64,000 nucleotides of DNA from Balanoglossus misakiensis (taxonomy: Eukaryota > Animalia > Hemichordata), in the NCBI GenBank assembly GCA_040954595.2, contig CM082597.2:4779244-4843243 (forward strand), read 5' to 3'. The notes under the pieces are model-generated. The model was given only the letters and a program-made list of their open reading frames with translations. It searched no databases and was not told where the DNA came from. Below, one piece after another: positions 11,807 through 24,791 of this stretch. Positions within the stretch are counted from its first letter, which is position 1; each line of letters begins with the position of its first letter. The translations under genes were made by a program, and so were the position numbers.

Positions 11807-14800
11807 GATGGATCCAATAGTTGCATTTGCAAAGTTTGATTGGCATATTGACCTGTAGGTGTCAGATGATAGTTCCACTAGACAGTATTTTCATAAGCCA
11901 GACTCTGGAGAGCATCTGACTTGAAATCATCAAGTGAGTCAGTCACGCTTGTATCGATAATACCTGTGTGCAATCTTAAGTAGATTTCAACTGCGTTTGG
12001 AATGCTAAGTCCCTCGACCATGCCATGTCACTTTCCGTAAGCTGCTGAGGCTGGTTGCAAGTACTTCAGACCCAAGAATGCCGAGCTTATTCTATTTGCT
12101 GTGATCATCGCCAACTACATGAGTGCATTTCAAGAAACGAGTCAGACGTCAAGATTTTGTCTAGTTTGAAGTGATTTTTTTTATTTTCGTAGCTGTAATT
12201 TTCTTGAAAGTATGTCAATGATATTTATTCAAGCCAGACATTCTAATAAGAGTTTACCCTTTATATTTAGGGCATACAGACACCTCTACAAATGGGGCCA
12301 CAGTTACAACAGAAAGTTGAGATCCAGCCATCCAACAACATCAGTGCATTGAAAACTGAATTTGCCTCGAAGTTACACAGGTGCCATTTTCAATGAATAC
12401 TTAAGGAAGCAGACGTACGTGCCAAGCCAATGGTGTGAATACAGTCGCCTCGGTTACATAGACACTCGAAGTGCAAGAGGCATCTGTTCAATTCCTGCAA
12501 CTGAGAAAACGTTCAAGATTTTCTGTTCATAACCAATGACCTTACTTACTAGGATTTCCGTACTATAGGTCTGTGATGCCTTGAAAAATTACACGTAGTA
12601 ATTGCAGTGATTTGACAGACTCGAAGTAATAAAGAAGATAGCCTTGTTTACTGTGAAATCACAGTACATAACAGAAGTCGACCTGGGTTCAAGTACAGCA
12701 GAGCCATCATTTTTGTGTGTCTGTACTTGAACAACCAGCGTGAACTATACTTGTTTGAATGTTCACAAGTTGAAACGGAAGGCGACAAAGGTTAATGGCG
12801 AAAATGGCCGTAATAAACACATGAAAAGCGTCATGTCCAAACAATGTCGAAGGCCTATTTCCTGTTAACTGGAAAGGTCAAATCATTTTGTTCAATGGTT
12901 TTGTAATATGTCAGAAATAAGTCATATCCATGCGCATTTCAGCAAAGCCAATCATTGAAAAAAGCCACAGGCCACCATTGCACACAGATATTGATCAGTA
13001 CCTCTGTCAGAGTAGATATGGTGTAATATACTTAATTACACATATCCTGATATGCAGCCTGTCGTCTGGGTGTTGCCTATGACGGTAATGTACATGATAC
13101 CACTGCCTTTGTCTTGGGCGACATATCTCAGTCATTGACATGGACACGCAGGATATAGAAATCACTTATTAAATCGTATCTAACTTGTCGGAACTCTTCA
13201 ACCATTACCATGGAACTTAAACTATTTATCTTATTACTCCTTTTTAGTTTGTGTGGAATTTCTCATTAACATGAACAGGAAGGCTCGCCATTCTTTCTCC
13301 ATTTCTTTAACTTAGGGCAATTTTGCATGCATCGTTCTGCAAATTCTTCCGTTTGACGACACCGGCATATGAACCATACCCTTCTGCTGAATTTCACCAT
13401 ACCCCAAACTTTGTCCCATGTATTTAGCTGCACAGTATTCTAGAACACCATAAGATCAATGGAAACATGAAAATGGTATGACAGTGCCTTATTCCAATTG
13501 AAGATTCAAACGCGTCACGTGATACGTGCGAGACCTTGCAACCTGTTATGTGACAAATAAATTTTACTTTGAACATTAAGGAAGAGGATGATTTGTAGCG
13601 ATGACATCCCTAACAGAAGTCTGTAAGCTGCTGATTGAGATTTTCACTTAATACAGTACAGAGAAACAAACACACGAGCAGAATTAATGGTTTATCTAAT
13701 GGACACCGTTCAAAGGACTACTTTGTTAGTTGCGATTTCCATGGCGGTGAGAAAATGTTAGACGCGGCTATAACATAATAGTGCACTTACTTGGATGAGG
13801 GACTACCATTTTCCTTCTCATATAATTCAAGGAAGCATTATGCGATGAAGTGTTATTATGGCTCGGAGAAAACATTTTGCACTAAGTGTGATGAAATGCG
13901 GCAATTACGATAAAGCACCCGCAGAAACACCTGCAGACGTGCATGCTTTCTGAGGATTAATTGTGGGCTATAAATTTTCTACGTCGTCAAGAAAAATACA
14001 GGGATTCAGGGCTGGGAGGAGCCATTACAACATTTTAGTTTTCAATAGCTTTACTGATTACTGAAGAACTGAAGAATATGCAAGGAAATAGAAATCTTGA
14101 CATTTGTATTTTTCAAATTTTATCGTGAGGATTTAACGGCAATGAGCGAATCAAGGCTTGGTCACTGCGAGATCAGGCGATACTTGGTTAATTACCATAG
14201 CATCGGGTTGCTATCCGAGTAATACAATATCAAGCTTTGTATGAAACTAGAATGTGTCCAGAACTAAACAAAAGTTTTGACTTTCAACAAGATTAGCCAT
14301 GTGTTGTTTGTCCTGTATCATAAGACAAGGATCTCCCCTATAAACTGCCTACCCACACGGAGTTTGGAAAATAGTCTATTCCTGGTAAGAGGTGTTTCAA
14401 CTTTAGAGTACAGAAGCTCGTGATGTAGCATGAGTAAACATTCAGAACCTCTGTATAATGGAAACAAGTAAACAATACAAAATGTCCATTGAAACAGATT
14501 CCGAACGAAGGCTACCATTTTCTTATTCGTATCATATTATAGTGAAAAATACCAGTTGTATTTCTTTTACACATAAACATAATATGCGGTACATTTGAAA
14601 GAAATCCTCAAAACCCAAATAACAATGACTCAGCGAGGTCATTACGTCAATTAGTTTGCGTCAAAGTTGATACGTGAAGTCAGACTCGCGTGTGGCAATT
14701 GCCATAAACATGTGACACCAACCTTTAAAAATATGGCTGTATATCCCCCATAGCCCCTCCACATGACCAGCATTGACAAACATATATTTAAAAAACATTT

Positions 14801-17068
14801 CACCAAATTAATTAGTCATCCATACTTGACATCACAACAGTTTCAATAATGGTTACTATTTGAGGCAAGAAAGACCGTGTCTGAGAAAAAAAAATTAATA
14901 CGTCAATATTTGCGATCATACCCACCAATATTCCACAGTTCATAGGTCAAATAAAACATATTTGCATGGCCAGTTGCAAAGACAAAATCGTTCAGCTCAG
15001 CACAGACAATCGGATATTCATAGAAATAAAACATTTTGTTAGAACAAACTTACCCTCCCTCGAAACCTAAGTTTGTGTGCAGGGTGTCTTTGAAGGGTTG
15101 GAGAAAACGGCACTTTTGAAGAAAATGTCAACTCAAATAATCCAAAATAGATACTGCATAAGCCCGGTATGGACATCAAAGGATGAAACACATAGATTAT
15201 GCTGTGTTCATATATAAGAAATGGACACACGATTTTATCGGCTTAGTTTCAGCCTGTCGCCATTCATTATGCACAAGATACATAATATGGTCACTATTTT
15301 CGTAACGCTATAATGAGAATTCAATTATAACGTACAGCAGACGACGCGACAGCTGTTTGCATCGATGCCAGTGCAATCTAGAGAACATAAAATTTTTATA
15401 GTCTCATCAGCAACAGCTGCACCACTGAGACAGTGGATTGTTGTTGCTTGCAGGCAATGGTTGGATATGCCCAGTTCGACACTAGGATGAAACATAAAAA
15501 AAAGTTGCCTTATATGTTTACATCGACTGAGCCATGGGCATGCACGGTCCCATGACTGATCATAACTAAATGATCTATATCGGTTGAAATCACTGATATG
15601 CTTTCATATTACACCCGAAACTTCTAAGTACTGCATGGACAACTAGCAGCTTTGAAGTATTCCATGGACAATTGGCGTGTTTTGCACTTCGTTATCCTGC
15701 GATCTATTTTTGTACGGCAAGCAGGTGACAATGATATACTGGATTTTCTTAATGAACTACGTTGTGCTGTTGTCAATACCGAAAATAAACTAAATTAAAA
15801 GTAATCCTAAATGAGACACATGTCAAATCCAGACAAAACTTTTCCTCTGAAGGTCAGGGGAACACCCATTATATTTCCCCACCTTTGCTGTTACCGCCTT
15901 GTTTGGCCACAGTATCAGTTAGAAGACGAAAAACTATGAAGTCGTCAAACATCATAAGTTGCAAACACTTGAAAAATTTTCATCTTGTTATAGCCAATCA
16001 AATTAGTGATATTTACCATCCTTAAACAGTGCTTACGAAACCAACAGACAAAGGGAACCCAAACATAATATTCTGTCGTTCACCGTACATTTTATATGCA
16101 ATTTCCCCTATATTCTCTCTTTCTGCAGTGCGAGTGTCATGGCTTCGACAGGCATGCACAGTCGTGGTCTGCTTGAAGCAGCGTTTCAAAGCGAACAATC
16201 AAACGCCCCTCATATGTAATGCCTTACATGGTCAATTACATGTAGTGCAGCATGTTTTTTTGCTCACAAACTATGCCAAGAATAGAAATGTGATCGAACA
16301 AAATAGAAAACTGGTGTCAATTTCCGTAGAAAACACTGTATGACAGTTCGCAGTATGAATAAACTATGACACAATATATTATAAAGTAAATTGCTTTTTT
16401 TCTCTCAGGCGCGAAAGAAAATACAACAAAACAAACAAACAAACGCTATCTCTCTGTCCGTGTAATATATGACAATGCGTTTATATGATTACCTAGGGAG
16501 TCTTAATGTCGTGGCGCCCACTGCAATTCAATATATAAAATAATCCTCTTAATGGTATAGATTTCAAGGTAGTTTATGATCGATGTCCTTATTTGACCGT
16601 GAAAGTGCGGCACTAGATGCTAAGACTCAATGACTTATGTGGTTGTTTGTTGTCGCGCGAGAGATCTATGAATATGTGAATTGCGAGTGATATGACAACC
16701 TGCGCAAAGGGTTTTCTTACATAAATCTTGCAGTTGCACAAATTGAAAGCAATGACGTCAAGTACTTTGATAATTTTTCTCTCATTTTGCTCTGACATGG
16801 TTAGAGCCTAAGGAGAAAACACTACAAGTAATGGACGTTGGAACCGCAGTGGTTGTTGACACTGTGACTGAAGCGCCCTCATATGTATCGAGTGCCCAGT
16901 TCAAAAGGTGACGTAATTGGCACCATGGTCGATTCATACCACGTTTATAGACCCCTTCTTCTGTACCTATTCCCCAGTTGTGTGTGCTTTAATCAAATAT
17001 GTTAATCGATGCATGTTATTATCATAACATAGTGTATAAATGATGTGAAGAAGGAAGAGGGCTTTCAT

Positions 17069-17130
17069 GAGAGAGAGAGGGGGAGGGAGGGAGGAGAGAG
17101 AAAGGGAGAATGAGATGGAGAGAGGAGAGA
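17069..17130. repeat. GA-rich polypurine low-complexity tract
   Basis: gagagagagaggggagggagggaggagagagaaagggaga...; a short (CT)n follows at ~17183-17199. Confidence 0.85.
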
Positions 17131-19414
17131 GTTCTTTGCAATATTACAGATATCTTCCACCGTTGCCCGGCAACAGGGTACGTTCTCTCTCTCTCTCTCG
17201 CTTCATCAGTTTACACTATGTGGACAGGATGTTGTGAAATTGAACGTTTTTACGACACAGGCGTGAAATCATCACCGGGAAGCAATTTCCAGAAAGAGAT
17301 CCCATAAAATGTTACTTATGCCCTTGACATTTAAAAAAATATGGAAAGCTTATTTACTCAGGCAATGATCATATTACCATGTCTTGTGTATACAGCGCCC
17401 ATCCTATATGTACATATGACTGAAAAGGTTATGGATTTTGAATGTGGCACATTCTGTAGGCAATATAGGGTTATTTACAAAATACGGCGATGCATGAAGT
17501 GCTGTGTGTGTCATGTACTTGCCTCACGGGCGAAGGTCCGTACATAAACAATATTTTGTGTTCAACTCTTGTTATTCACATTCGTGTGTTTGTTGTTGAT
17601 TTAACACTATTTTGAGTAGCTGAGGAAACACAGCTTTTTGGTGGCGGTGGGGTGTCTTATTATTGAATCTCTAAGGTCACTGAGCGGTCAATGCCGACCG
17701 TAATTGTGAGGACACAATGTGACACCGCCCACATTGCAACGTCAAAGCTACGTTTCCTAAAACCGAAGCAGTCAAGAAGTGATGCAAATTTATGCAAATG
17801 AAGTCTCATCCAGCTAAAATAGGATGCTTCATATGAAAGCTCCAGCCAAATTCAGGCCCAGCAAAACTTAGTAAATAAGGAGGAAACGTAATTTACAGTT
17901 AGTTCGTCACAGGCGATGATGTTAGGTGTACGATAACATTATTTACTATAAGATTAGTATTAGATCCGGTACTTAATCTGGCGAAATGGACACTTTCATT
18001 CAGAGAAGTTAAATACTGCTATTTTGATGACAACACAGAGTTCACCTTGCACCCAGCTGAGCGCATGATTCACCAAGTGCTGTCTATACCGAGTTTCCTT
18101 CTTGACATAAGACACCAATGTCTAACGGAACCAGTCTGTACAGATGCCTGTAATCTAAAATAAAGCTTTCGTGAAGGGTGACATAGGTCTAAGCTGTCTA
18201 TTGCACAATAGAGACAGAACCTACGCTTGTCTCATCTTTCCTTAAAAGAGCAAAAATTCTGAGTGACATTCGAAAACACTGTACAGCCTTTGCTCAATCG
18301 CTTGCGCTTTACCCTTTATGAAACAAACTTCTCAATAAAACATTGCGCCACGACCCGGGGCTATCTATGAATAAATCTCACTAGTTATGGCGGGTTTTAC
18401 TTTTGTAAAGACACAGAGAAGCCTGCAATGCATATGTAACGCGTCTTAAATTTCTCTTAAGTATGCATCATGTGGGATTACACTCTGTCGACCCATGGAA
18501 ACAGAATTGTAAGACAGAATCTTCTTTTGTCGGCAGGTAGCTCATGGTAATGTTATCGCGCCTTCGTTTTATCGCGAAAATGAGAGTGGGAATGTTTAAT
18601 CGTACATACCAACCTTCACATCAGTCAAGGTCACCCAGAGTCGGTTGGTTATATCGCACCTTACTGAGTTAAAATTTTAAGTTTAAAAGGTCCATCGTTT
18701 GCTCGTGCTAAAGATATCTCTGCTTTTAGACTGTAGTGAGAACGTATGCATTGGATTGGCACACAAGTATACTACGTGATGTACAATATATCTCAAACCA
18801 TACATAGATACTTTAACTGTCTTGTCCAAGCAGCCTTGCTCTTCAAAAATGCGCAGATGTACAGAAAATGGCGGCGCAAGAACATAATTACACCGGTGCA
18901 CAAATGATGGGCCTATATTAAGTATAAGTTTTTCCAGACTGGTTTATCTACAAGTCTCTATAGCTGTGCTTGACAAGTAGCTGTCGGCGTCACGTATCAT
19001 GCAAATCACAGGCATGGACGTAACTCATAGAGTTTTACTACAAGATCCTCACCACGTAATTGGACGTTAAATTATCCACTGGCGATTAGTATTAATCTTC
19101 ATAACTTCTCCTTCGCGCCCGGCCGTATACTGTTCAGACAGTAATAATGTTCATATTTATGCCGTGCGGCAGAGCGGCATATATCACCTTACGTAAAGCT
19201 AGTCTCAGGCTGCGATTTGGATTTGCAAGGAATGTATATGAATTTTTAATACAGAGAGAGAGCTGTCTGAACTTTGACATCTTTGCTTGGATTTTCCTCC
19301 TTTACCTTTCACTGCAAAATGTCACTTTTTCCATATTTCTTGTTACCCAACCTCTAGTATTGTAAGATCAATATGTGGGCGAGGTGCTATATGAGCTTCA
19401 ATGACTGTGGCTGT

Positions 19415-19655
19415 TAATGCCATATTACAAGAGATCACAATGGATGAAGATTTAGTTCCATCTTCTCCCTACTGTGTCTGGGAAGTTTCTCATGGCTTAT
19501 CTACACATTTCCACAGAGACTGCCATATTTGAGAGGCACACACATTTATCTTGTTCAACTTTTTCAGGCATTCGCAGTCCGTCGTATCTGTAAACGAATG
19601 CCTCAGTGAATACATCTCTGTGAACCAGTTTTAGTTCAAAATTGTCCTGAAAATG
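19415..19655 (-). mobile_element. Possible heavily decayed Penelope-like GIY-YIG endonuclease C-terminal relic
   Basis: Frameshifted minus-strand reading gives GQFxxKTG..FTE(H)..QIRR..LSNMAVSVE..DTVGRR/REKME..FIH..GIN. This is colinear with the Penelope GIY-YIG pattern YVGETG..RFxEH..IR..LSDM.V.VIE..RE.FWI..G.N. Manual, needs several frameshifts. Confidence 0.25.
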
Positions 19656-20340
19656 GTGCCAAAAAATTGCGTTTAATGTACGGAAACCAAACCCACGCAA
19701 TTTATTCATTCGCATCATTATCTTATAAATGTTAAAAAAGAAATGAAACGACGGCTGCCATTATTAATATCCTCCTCATATGCTTTTATTGCTCTTCCAT
19801 GATTTCCCTCAACACAAGGGGATATTAGGTCTTCAAAAAATGCCAACTTCGCCGGTGACAGCTGCAAGTCGACTTTCTCCGCAGGGATGGGGGCACCGCT
19901 TAGCTAAGATATACCTGTCACTACTGATGTATCGCCCCCAGGTAAATCAAACTCACCCGCGAGTGCTCATCGTGATCAGACTCAAAAAGACACCTCCCGC
20001 TTACCCGAGCGATAATCGTTTCGCCTTGCCAAGTGCGATTTCGCCAAGCCATCGAAAAAATACAATTCTGAATGATCATTAGCAAATCTGACAGCAACCG
20101 ACTGTGTTTGAATAGGTCCTATTTCAGTATTTATGCAGGATCTCCTCCGTCAGAGATATTTTTCAAGATTAAACCATTATCGATACTGACGAGCGAAACG
20201 AGAAATAATTTGATGAATGACTAAATAAATGTACACTGCTTTCAAGATTTAATGTTTGATAATTGATGACAGTAGATATGCCTGTCTTGGCTAGGCATAA
20301 CCGAAACACCGTACCAATCCGAGTACGTGAGTTGATACAA

Positions 20341-20450
20341 GGGAGCTTTCAGCTATTATGAGGGGTGGGTCAGGGGAAATTTTGTCATGTAAAGTGTGAC
20401 TCTCTCCCTATTTCAACCGGCCCACCCCCTCATATAAACTGAAAGCTCCC
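20341..20450. mobile_element. 110 bp MITE, PIF/Harbinger (Tourist)-like
   Basis: TIRs gggagctttcagctattatgaggggtggg ... cccaccccctcatataaactgaaagctccc; flanks caa and taa (TWA-type target duplication with one mismatch). Confidence 0.8.
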
Positions 20451-21230
20451 TAATCACACGCCAGGGAAGAAGAGATTGTGTGAATTGCCATTGATTTTGA
20501 TCAACTAATAATTATTGTTCGTAACTTTATGGCCCTGCTTTGCCCTCCGTGGGAAAAAGGTGAAAGTACAACACCGAGATAATCGTTTTGTCTGCGCGAC
20601 TACGAAACGCTGTCGCAATACTGATACTTGATGCGTTGCCATGATGGCATGAATATCAAAGACTGAACATAAAACGTAGTTAATACCAGCAAGAATTACA
20701 TACAGGATATACCAGTATTATGAACAGAACGCAAACACTTTTGCATAGAATTCCAAGCGCCAAATGGAAGACAATCACTCATTCCTCACTCGGTTCTATG
20801 AATGAGCATTTAGATTTCAGTGCAAGGGATATGAGAATTTGACGCTGTGAGTTTCACAAATAAATTTCCGTGGAATGTTGATTATAATATGGCGTCAAAC
20901 CAGGTCCAATAATCACTGTCATTCAAGGTAAGCTAATTAACAAACAAACAAGCAAGCAAGCTTACATAGCGAAAAATGCAAGAGGCACACCTTCAACAAC
21001 TGCTAAATGTGTGGTATGGGGGACATTATTAAATGCCCAATTTCACCGCTAGTTTAAAGATCACATAGAGACCAGTGACTAGCTTCATTTGTATGGCCAC
21101 GATTCACTTCGCCAAACTATTACTGATCAGCCCAGGACGAGTAAACATCTCTATAAAATCATTTTACCCCCTTCGGGCATAGTGATACTATAGTTTATCT
21201 CCCCATTCCCTGGTCCGCTGGGCACAGTAT

Positions 21231-21494
21231 TGACATTGATTTTGTTGAAAATTGGATTCAATCCGGGGGCATGAATCCATGTGTCAACTTGACAACAGCA
21301 ATGGTTGTTGCACACACTATTTGGACAAATGGGAATACACCCAGAACTGTAGAACGCTATCGGGAGAAGAAGTAGAATTTTAAAACTAGAAAAGATTTGT
21401 TAATGCATACCACTGAAAATAGCCAAACGTTACAACACATACCTCTTTAAGTTACAAGAGCAATGTATGCTGACAAGCAAATGAGCATTTCAGC
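21231..21494 (+). repeat. Copy 1 of a ~260-290 bp direct repeat (copy 2 at 22247-22539)
   Basis: Shared blocks tgacattgattttg..gaaaattggattca, catgtgtcaact, agcaatggttgttg, tatttggacaaatgggaata, aaatagccaaa.gttacaaca and tgtatgctg.caag....agcatttcagc. Confidence 0.9.
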
Positions 21495-21504
21495 CTAAAC
21501 CCAA

Positions 21505-21648
21505 GCCATTTTGAATTTCAAATTTGAGATAATTTTGCATAGGCCCTAATGACTGCCACTTTTTATTCTCAATTTAAAGAGACAATAATCTAAAGTTGCC
21601 GTAAGCATAATATGAGAAAAAAATTAAGACCGGCGCATTCCACCTTAA
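21505..21648. mobile_element. Possible right end of a TTAA-flanked (Kolobok-like) non-autonomous DNA transposon
   Basis: Ends ggcgcattccacc|ttaa. Similar ends occur at 53231-53245 (cgcctactacc|ttaa) and 41071-41090 (cgaggcacgcactactttga), and a complementary start ttaa|ggtagcgcc at 22972. The family assignment is inference. Confidence 0.35.
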
Positions 21649-22246
21649 CTTGGAAACTTGCCAAAACGAAAAGAACATGTTATGAGTATATTTAGCATGA
21701 TATTATTTATGGGTCCCATCGCACCTGTCCCATTATGTTAATGTCAACCCTCTCATCTGTGTAAGGCTCTTTAGATGCCCAGACTTTACGACCATATGTT
21801 GTCTAAGACTCTGCAGAGAATATATAATAATAATTTATGACATCTGTGATCTGAGAATAGACAGCAATATGCGCAGGACTGTCGACTTGTGACACACAAA
21901 GCAATAATTTCAGATTTGACAGAAGAGTATCTCTGATCGACCGTGAGATACTGATGAAGTCAACTGAAGCGTGTCACCCATCCAGTTCTGTTTTCTCTGA
22001 TAAATGGCGTGCCGTGAGATCCATCACAACACCGTTTGCCTGGTATACATAGTTTTAAGCTATTCAGCCTGAAAACATTGTTAACGATACTTGGCTCTAT
22101 TTTCATGTCACTGACCACTTGATTTGAACCCTCAGCCTGGTCAATATGGTTTTTCAGTATATTGGTTTATTTTTAGAAACTCTGAGAGCAGACATGATCA
22201 CAAAATACCTTGTTTAACTTATGCATGCTTCCCTTGTGTGCACCAC

Positions 22247-22539
22247 TGACATTGATTTTGGTGAAAATTGGATTCAGTCCTGCGGGCATGAAATCATGTG
22301 TCAACTTGACCATAGCAATGGTTGTTGAACACACAGGATATTTGGACAAATGGGAATATACCTGCAACACGCTACTGGGAGTATACGTAGACTTTCAAAA
22401 ATAGAAAAGACTTGGTTATACATAATGCTGCAAATAGCCAAAGGTTACAACAAGTACCCCTTTAAGTCACAATTGCAATCAATAACTAGACCAGCAGTAA
22501 AACCACACTGTATGCTGGCAAGTAAACAAGCATTTCAGC
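22247..22539 (+). repeat. Copy 2 of the direct repeat at 21231-21494
   Basis: Same blocks in the same order, with an extra ~25-30 bp before tgtatgctgg. Confidence 0.9.
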
Positions 22540-23013
22540 GTACAGTCCTATTTAGCGGAAGTCCCTTCGTATTCTGTTAATTGATGATTTTTTTGAGAAA
22601 AATAATATATCATTCATCATTACCATGTTAATAAACTCGATGCCCATGAGATATGAATACTACATTCCTATACGTGGAAATAACATCGAAAAGGCCTTGT
22701 TTTTTGTTTATAGAATGTTGCAGCAAGCCTCCAGTGATTAAACATTGATGATACCAGTACATAATATTTACATACGGTATGATGATAGCATTTGGTGTGT
22801 ACAGTAAATTAGTGAGTATATTTATAGTGAAGGTCAGTTTGAAAATTTATGCAAATTGGGTTTCGTTGATTTATAGTAATTAAGGGAGTCGTAAAATAAC
22901 ACAATTCGGTATTCTAACTCAATTCGTGATCACACATGAGTTGCTTTGAATCTCATAAAAAGTTGTGGATATTAAGGTAGCGCCTTTTGATGATGCCGCT
23001 GTCGACAAGTAAA

Positions 23014-23224
23014 TACTGTAAACAGGTTATTTTCGCGAGCAATAAATTTTCGCCAAATACGCGAGAGCCAAAAAACGTAAAATAAAAAGTCGTGTAAAAT
23101 GTTTTTCGGAGATAACGACGTAGTAAATGAAATAAGAGAACGTGAAAATTAATCCTCGCGAAACAGTTGCCGCTTTTGATACCGCGAAAAATTTCCTGTC
23201 GCGAAAATAACCCGTTTTACAGTA
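23014..23224. mobile_element. ~210 bp MITE with TA-flanked CTGTA...TACAG termini
   Basis: tactgtaaacaggttattttcgcga ... tcgcgaaaataacccgttttacagta; internal cgcgaaa sub-repeats; related copy at 61907. Confidence 0.85.
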
Positions 23225-23804
23225 TAGTTAAATGAGGTAGTGCTGAGCAGGGCATACATCACCCGCTATTGGTCCTTGAGGAAACAGTCATAATTAGAGC
23301 CAGGCGATTCTTGTGACAAGTTCTATGGTTGTGTGTCCTCTCGATCATGTGATTGACGACAATACAGGTGAGGCTTGTTACTGAAAACACGTGTGAACAA
23401 TAACAATTGATCAATTAATACAGGTATAGAGGCAATGCGAATTTTTGCCGTTAAACTCAAACATGTTTTTTATCTGTGAAGCAGTTCAGAAGTTCACAGC
23501 ATTGACAGCAAATTATCTACTTTTTCGATGAACCCGCACAACCGCGACACTTTCCACATACCCCGGGTGCTTTGCACGGCGTGACCGCGCCAAAACTAGT
23601 ACCCCGCTAATGAGCAAGGCAAATTGAATCCTGTGACAGCTGTTATAGTGCTTTCAAGTTTGTTTTTTGCCCTTCAGTGAGTTACACTAAATTGTCTGAC
23701 TGTTCGACCTGCTATGGCTTGCGTGAGTAAAGTACAAAATAACAGCGGATGTGGTTTGAGGATGCTGTGCAGGCGTACACTGATTCAAACAGGTCGATGG
23801 GAGG

Positions 23805-24124
23805 AAGAAAGGTATTTTGGTATCGAAAATGTAACTAAAACTGGAAAGCAATTTTGCTGATACATTTTATGTTTAATGGCTTTGGTGATATTGAAGATTG
23901 CCAACTACACTGTTACTAGGCCGACAGGAACCTGACTATTTGTCTTTTGGAAGGGTCGTATATTGTTGGGAAAAAGAAAGGTATTTTGGTGTCGAAAATG
24001 TAACTAAAACTGAACAAAGAACAATTGCTAATATATTTTATGTTTAATGGCTTTGATGATATTGAAGATTGCCAACTATACTGTTACTAGGCTGACAGGA
24101 ATCTGACTATTTGTCTTTTGGAAG
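23805..24124. repeat. Tandem duplication, period ~169 bp, high identity
   Basis: aagaaaggtattttggt.tcgaaaatgtaactaaaactg...tgatattgaagattgccaacta.actgttactaggc.gacaggaa.ctgactatttgtcttttggaag starts at 23805 and again at 23974. Confidence 0.95.
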
Positions 24125-24179
24125 AGAGGTATTAGTACAGGGCAAGGTGTTGACAGGAAAACTGTGTTGATGATACCTT

Positions 24180-24626
24180 GTTATCGCGCGCTTTTCCTCT
24201 GGCGCGGATTTCAAGAGGGCGGACGTGATCGTTAGCGCATGCGCAGTCAGTCGTCGGAAGCTTGGCACTTCACAAAGATAACACATTCCCTCGACAAAGA
24301 AACCCTAAAAGCAACAGATAATGCTCCCACCAGAGTGTTCCTTCTCAAAGTTCGTCATCTGGGCAACCTAAGAGGATTTCACCGATGAAAGCCTGTAAGA
24401 GGCTTAAAGCTAATATGCTTGGATGCTGAGAGGGCACGAACAACACACAATCGGGCGTATCATTAGCAGGAACCGGAAGTGAAATGGGTGCCTCAAAACT
24501 TTCAAAACATATGCCCTGTGCGTCACGAGTTTTGTAATTATCTGATTCTTTTGAAATAATCATTAATAAATCCAGAAATCAGTCATCGTAAGTTGTTCTT
24601 GTATTATTCTGGATAATGAGGTAAGT
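24180..24626 (+). promoter_or_regulatory. CpG-rich promoter-like patch followed by a consensus splice donor
   Basis: GC box GGGCGG 24217-24222, NRF1-type GCGCATGCGC 24235-24244, Ets CCGGAAGT 24473-24480, donor GAG|GTAAGT at 24621. No ORF. Confidence 0.35.
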
Positions 24627-24673
24627 GTATGTATGTATGTATGTATGTATGTATGTATGTATGTATGTATGTA

Positions 24674-24751
<78 letters not shown>

Positions 24752-24791
24752 CATGTATGTATGTATGTACCCGGTATGTATGTATGTATGT
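24625..24791. repeat. Compound (GTAT)n-(GT)n-(GTAT)n microsatellite
   Basis: Directly visible; source of the MYVC/HTYI spurious ORFs. Confidence 0.98.

Noticed and set aside
12638-12714. tRNA-like or SINE-like string (cataac..ctgggttcaagtacag..gcca..ttttt)
   Set aside because: Only a B-box-like motif; no A box or cloverleaf could be built.
23233-23241. let-7-like TGAGGTAGT (also at ~11290)
   Set aside because: Only 9 nt match, the rest diverges, and no hairpin is seen.
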